NCBI GenBank assembly: GCA_951406725.2
Contig: OX597826.1
Span: 49,228,001-49,292,000, forward strand
Origin: Octopus vulgaris
Lineage: Eukaryota
Direction of reading: 5' to 3'
Length of the DNA: 64,000 nucleotides
The notes beneath the pieces are model-generated. The model did not search any database, had not been told where the DNA came from, and worked only from the letters and a program-made list of their open reading frames with translations. Positions 58,539-64,000 of the stretch are shown here, in pieces. The first letter of the stretch is position 1. Every line of letters begins with the position of its first letter. The position numbers and the translations under genes were made by a program.

Positions 58539-59165
58539 GCTCCTATTACTTTTTACTTTCGTCATATAGAGGTGACGATATGAGAAGATGGTGGGGGGGG
58601 GCAGTAATTGCAAACTATTTTTTGTCTTGTTATGCTGTAATATTTAATGGAGATGAAGCAACGCCACTACGTTAATTTTGCATATCGTATATATTAGCGT
58701 AGTAAGCTACGGTGACAGATAGTTGGAATGGTACTATTGTCTGGTCTTCTGAGACGTCACCACTGGAAGTTAATCTCAAAAGCAGGCACCGTGCCTCGAT
58801 CGTAACAACCCTCCGGGGTAGGAACGGTCTTGATGATCATTCAATTAATATGTGTATCTATTTCAACGACCAATCATGTTTTTCCCTACCGGGTAAATCC
58901 ACCCCATCTCATTCTCTATTTACCACTCACTTATGTCCGTGTTCTCATGATTGAGTTCTGTATCAGACTTACCATTTTTTTCTCCTACCTTTTCTTTCCT
59001 CTTAATATAAAATATTATTTGGGGGGTTTTTTTAAATGTTTTTTTTTACCGCCAACCCCATTTTCTTTCCTTCATGTATATATTTGTACAACGTATAGCG
59101 ATTCAGATGTGTTTGTGTGCACGTACGTATATGTGAATGTGTACGCGCCCGTGCGTGCGTGCGTG

Positions 59166-59199
<34 letters not shown>

Positions 59200-59574
59200 A
59201 AAGTTATTTCATTGGTGTTATCCATTTCTGCTTTGTTTGTTTTTTTTAACTTCATCTCATTGACAAAAGCAATAAGACACGGTTGATTGTCTTCAGTCTG
59301 TGATGCCAAGCATTTCAGTTCCTAGCCATAAACTACGCGAATTTAGTTAATCCTGGTGCATACCGAACTATTAACATTAACATTATCATATTCTAATAAC
59401 GATAATGACGACGACGACGACGGCGGCAAATATTATTATTGAGCGAAATCCTTAGCATTACGTTCTGAGTTCAAATACCAACGCGGTCGAGTTTGCTTTT
59501 CATCTTTTCGGGGTCGATAAATTACTGTCCTTGTGGCAAATTTCAAACCATTATTATTATTATTATTATTATTA

Positions 59575-59626
<52 letters not shown>

Positions 59627-59627
59627 G

Positions 59628-59659
<32 letters not shown>

Positions 59660-59956
59660 GGCAGAATCATTATTAGCATGCCGGGCAAAATGCTTGGCGA
59701 TATTTCGTCCGTCGCTATGTTCTGAGTTCAAATTCCGCCGAGGTCGGCCTTAATTTTTACGATTAACTTTACGACTAATGACGAAATCGTTAAAATAATT
59801 ATTATAACTGTTATTCACTTTGATTATCCATGTACGAATCACCAAGCAGGTGAGAGGCTCTTAGTGATTGTCCAACCTGCTAGAAATAAAAACAAAAAAA
59901 AAACCCTCAGATCATATTTGAGCAAGGACACATTGAATAAGCTAATGTAGTCCTGA

Positions 59957-60047
<91 letters not shown>

Positions 60048-60416
60048 CCCCTGGCCCTCTGACCTGGGTAAATACTGAACACCTGGAAATAAGGAAGGGT
60101 GGCTGAGACCATACGTGTCTGATCAGGGTCGATCTGGCGCTGAATATTCGGAATCTCCGAGTGTCTCCGAAGGTTATGGATCAGTCAGTATTTGGGAAGT
60201 TTCTCTCCAAGGAACAGGTTTTTTCCCTACTTGAGCGATTGCTCATTCATGCATATCTGCATTCACTATATCACTGATATTGAGCAAACGAAAGATAATG
60301 GGTGATGCTGCTTGTTCAACAACAATAATAATTTATGTATAATATTTCTGTTATTATTTCAAAGTTTTGTTAAACTCACCATTTCATTTTTCTCTGTTTT
60401 TGTCTTTTACAGGATT

Positions 60417-60971
60417 ATGTCTTCTAAACGCAAAAATACACCCACCAAGCTCTATAAGGATAACATAATACTTGAGCAGTTACATTCTGACACATCCGAA
60501 TGTGATAACAGCAATTTAGACAGCGAAGGCGAAACTGGAAGAAACTATTCGGCACGTTTTCTCTCAAAATCTGATAGTAGTGAAGATTTTCATGATTCCG
60601 ACAGCGGTTCGGACAAGCCGCCAAACAAGAAGCAACGAATTCTTCAAAGTATAAGACACGACTCGGAATCCGAGCCCGAAACTGAACTTCAACATAACGT
60701 CACAACAAAACCCAACGCTGGGCTGCATCGAAAATCCATGGAAAGCGTATTGCAAAGACTCAACTCCAAATCTCCTGGAGTTCAAAATTCTGACATTGAG
60801 CGAACAAGTCCGCTCGGAAGCGCTGACCAAGAGGGAGGAGTGCTGGAGAATGTCAGTGCTTTACTCCGAGGAAAAGGGTCCATACAAGATAAATCAAAGA
60901 AAATCGTTGATATGATTTCGCAACTCCAGAAAATGAACGAAAGCTTGAAAAAACAAGGCGACAATACCAGG
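60417..60971 (+). CDS. SoxD: SoxD-family (Sox5/Sox6/Sox13-like) transcription factor, N-terminal coding exon (185 aa; exon 60413-60971)
   Basis: Non-repetitive ORF preceded by a pyrimidine tract and acceptor (tctctgtttttgtcttttacAG, AG at 60411-60412) and ending at donor AGG|GTAAGA (phase 0). Starts MSSKRKNTP (cf. Sox5 MSSKRPASP). HRKSMESVLQRLNSK resembles vertebrate RRKGSLADVVDTLKQKK, and LLRGKGSIQDKSKKIVDMISQLQKMNESL resembles the SoxD leucine zipper [33 protein letters not shown] (recalled). HMG box not in window. Confidence 0.82.
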
Positions 60972-61169
60972 GTAAGAATTCCCGTCCTTTTTTTTTATCC
61001 TCTATTTTTCTTTTTCTTCCTCCCTTCTGTTACTCCACCATCGTTTTGCTCGCATTGATCGGACGGAATTTGGTGAGGCAGAGTTTTCTACAGCCAGATG
61101 CTCTTCCTGTCGCCAAACCTCAGTTATTTCTAGATATGTTCTTTGACGCAAGACACACACATATATACA

Positions 61170-61392
61170 TATATTGGCTTCAAATTTTGACACAAGGCCA
61201 GAAATTTCGGGATAAGAAGTAAGTCGATTACATCGATCCCCAGTATTCAACTGGTACTTATTTTGTCGACCACGAAAGAATGAAAGGCAAAGTCGACTTC
61301 GGCGGAATTTGAACTCAGAACCTAAAGACGGACGAAATGCTGCTAAGCATTTTGCCTGGCGTGCTAACCGTTCTGCCAGCTCACCGCCTTAA
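61170..61392 (-). mobile_element. SINE family B in SoxD intron
   Basis: Full-length reverse copy, CpGs largely intact. Confidence 0.85.
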
Positions 61393-62829
61393 CTATCAAT
61401 AACATATATCTGACGGGCTTCTCTCAGTTTCCGTCTACCAAATCACAAAGCTGTAGTCAGACCAGACGAATAGAAGGTGCTTGCTCTAGGTGCCACGCTG
61501 TAGTGCCACACTCGAAACCACGTAGTTAAGAAGCAAACTGCGCCTATTTTTTTTTAGGGATACCCTCCTCAACTATTTTCATTGTTTTTAGTTAGTACTC
61601 CCTTGTAAACATAAATTACTAAGTACTCCTTGAAGAGCACAGCTCCATCAGTGACAACAACACCAAACCTCACTCAAAAGCAGGACGAAAAGTAGAGGTG
61701 GAGAGAAGTTATGATGTTCATGGTGGTTCCTTAGTTTTTATTCCCAATGAGGACAAACCTGTCCAACCCACGCTTTCTATATTTCAACAAAGAAGCATTG
61801 CGTTTTTTTAATTGTTTTCAGCGGAGCGAGGGTGGGAGAGCTTTTTCATTATTTATTTATTTAGTCATTTATTTATTGGATCCCAGGGAAAATACTAAAA
61901 ATAAAAAAAAGAAACCTCGAAATTTCCTGGATCTGGACTGATTTGAAAGTGTATTGATTTTGTGTAGCTGGTTGGGTGGGTTGGTTGGTGAGCTTGACAA
62001 GATCCATTCATTGTATTGAGCCTTCATAAATAGGAACAAAGTGAAGGGGTGGGGTGGGTGGCGATGATGGCAACGGGAGCGATCGTCGTCGTTATCATCA
62101 TCATCTTCATCATCATCGTCGGCATCATCATCACCACGGTAGTGGCGTTAATGATGATTATAATAATGCATGTAGTGGTGATAGTGGTGGAGGCAGCAAC
62201 AGCAGCGGTAGTAGTAGCGGCAGCAGCAGCGATGGTGGTGAGAATATAGTAATGATGATGATGACAATGGTGGTAGGGTGTTTGAAGTGATGATGAGGAT
62301 AATGATACTGGTGTTGTATTGGCAGTGGTAATCACTGATAATGGTGATGATGGTGACTAAGAAAAGGTGGATAGTAGTAGGGTGGCTGAAGTGGCTGTGA
62401 GGATAATGGTAATGGGTGGGGTGTTAGCAGCGATAATGAATGGTGGTGGTGGTAGTGATGATGAGGATGTTGATGATGATGATGATGACAGTCGTGGTGG
62501 TGGTGGTGGTGGTGGTGATGGTAGTGGTAACCGAGCCAATGAAATTACGTAACAATGAACTGGTATTGAATAGAAACGGGTAGAAAATAAAATACCTGCT
62601 AGTCTACCCCGACCTCACTCCCTTCCCACCCCCGCCACTCTTTAGTCCTTCGACAATAAACGGAGAAAATATAAGGAACCAAACAAATAATAGAACCATG
62701 AGTAGTAGTAGTAGTGGTAGTAGTAGTGGTGGTGGTGGTGGTGGCTGTTATTGCGGGGGTGGAAGTGATGGTAATATTAATTGTGGTTCTGGACCTTTAG
62801 TGTTGTCGGTGGCGGTATGCTAGCAGAAT

Positions 62830-62893
<64 letters not shown>

Positions 62894-63282
62894 GGTGGGA
62901 GGAGGAATAGCTGTATTAACGGCAACAGTTACCGTCGTTGTTGCTTTATCTGCAAGTCAACTCCCAGCAAGAAGACCTATAATGATCATAGGCATTCCAG
63001 CCATGACTTTACCGTGGGATTTTTTTTTTAAAGTTCTTTTTATTATATCTACGACTTATATTAACTATTATGCGTCTTCGGGTTTTTTTCTTCTTTCGGT
63101 GGGCGGATGTTAGAAAGCAGGGAGAAATTTGAGTGAGATGTTGTTGCCACTTTTAGCAGGTCGCGCATCAATCGTTCGTAGTAACAACCAAGCTAATGGT
63201 AATGAAGATGTGCATCTTCTCTATCTTGTTCATGAGGATGATGACGATGATGATGATGATGATGACGACGATGATGATGATA

Positions 63283-63313
<31 letters not shown>

Positions 63314-63539
63314 CTTAGATTCACAGATCAGGACACGTACTTTTGTAAGTGGTAGATAGAATTAGTTGTGTGATTAAAAAAAAAAATTCACTTCGCAGTC
63401 ATGCAGTTCCGAGTTCAATCATCCGCGAGGTACTGTGAGGAAGTGTCTTTTTCTCATTGCCACGTATAGATCGAAGTCCAAATAAATGCGTACTCTTCTT
63501 GAGAAGATCAATACCCGATAGAAAGCTTGCACTGTTTTG

Positions 63540-63757
63540 CGAAGGGAAACTGAAAAATCCCTGGCTTTGGGTAAAAGAAAGTACAGGAGGATCAGTTAAT
63601 AGTGATTTTATTTAACATATTCCCCTCTCAGATTCACACACTTGTTGCTGTGACCCTTTAGTTTTTCTAAGTCCTGTAAAAGAACTCAGAAGGTTGGGCC
63701 TCCAATCAGGCCTTTTGCGACACCCTCAAAGCCAGGAACTTTTCAGCCCCGCCCTCG
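63540..63757. mobile_element. Mariner-derived MITE
   Basis: Imperfect ~30-bp TIRs (cgaagggaaactgaaaaatccctggcttt / aaagccaggaacttttcagccccgccctcg) followed by TA on the right. Confidence 0.7.
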
Positions 63758-64000
63758 TAGATGGTAAACGTTTCTATATCATCAATTTCAATCCAATCCG
63801 TTCGGGCTCCGATAATGAACCATGCTAGCGTTATATATTTTATTGAATATCTAATTGCGCTGAGGCAGGGTCGAACTGGATATTGGCATGGACAGTATTT
63901 GATATCCTTGAATATCTTTGTGAATGCTGCCCCGGAATCCCTTCTTTTGGTCTATATAAGTTATAGGATAGTAGATTTAATCTGTTTCTAAAGTTAACTA

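Noticed and set aside
60312-60412. N-terminal extension of the 248-aa ORF (and its hydrophobic tail 60972-61058)
   Set aside because: Intronic pyrimidine-rich sequence outside the clear acceptor and donor sites; not a signal peptide or TM helix.

Overview
Eukaryotic, AT-rich, microsatellite-saturated genomic DNA. The repeat content (dense (TA)n/(CA)n/(GATA)n/(AAT)n plus three recurring tRNA-derived SINE families) points to an octopus/coleoid cephalopod genome (inference). The only convincing host coding sequence is one exon at 60413-60971 (+) encoding the N-terminal 185 aa of a SoxD-family (Sox5/6/13-like) transcription factor; the HMG box would lie beyond the window. Almost all other ORFs in the track are microsatellite translations. 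Interspersed elements include SINEs, an RTE LINE 3' fragment, a Tc1/mariner transposase fragment, and hAT- and mariner-type MITEs. Most interesting signals: (1) several type I hammerhead-ribozyme motifs, one essentially complete at 56394-56463, in microsatellite-flanked Penelope-like fragments; (2) a CpG-decay boundary near 20 kb next to a minus-strand TATA/ETS promoter-like element; (3) an exact Sox-Oct composite motif and POU/CAGGT motif clusters upstream of the SoxD exon; (4) a candidate upstream SoxD exon that would splice in frame; (5) SINE-derived tandem arrays and inverted SINE pairs. All family names are from recalled similarity, not database searches.
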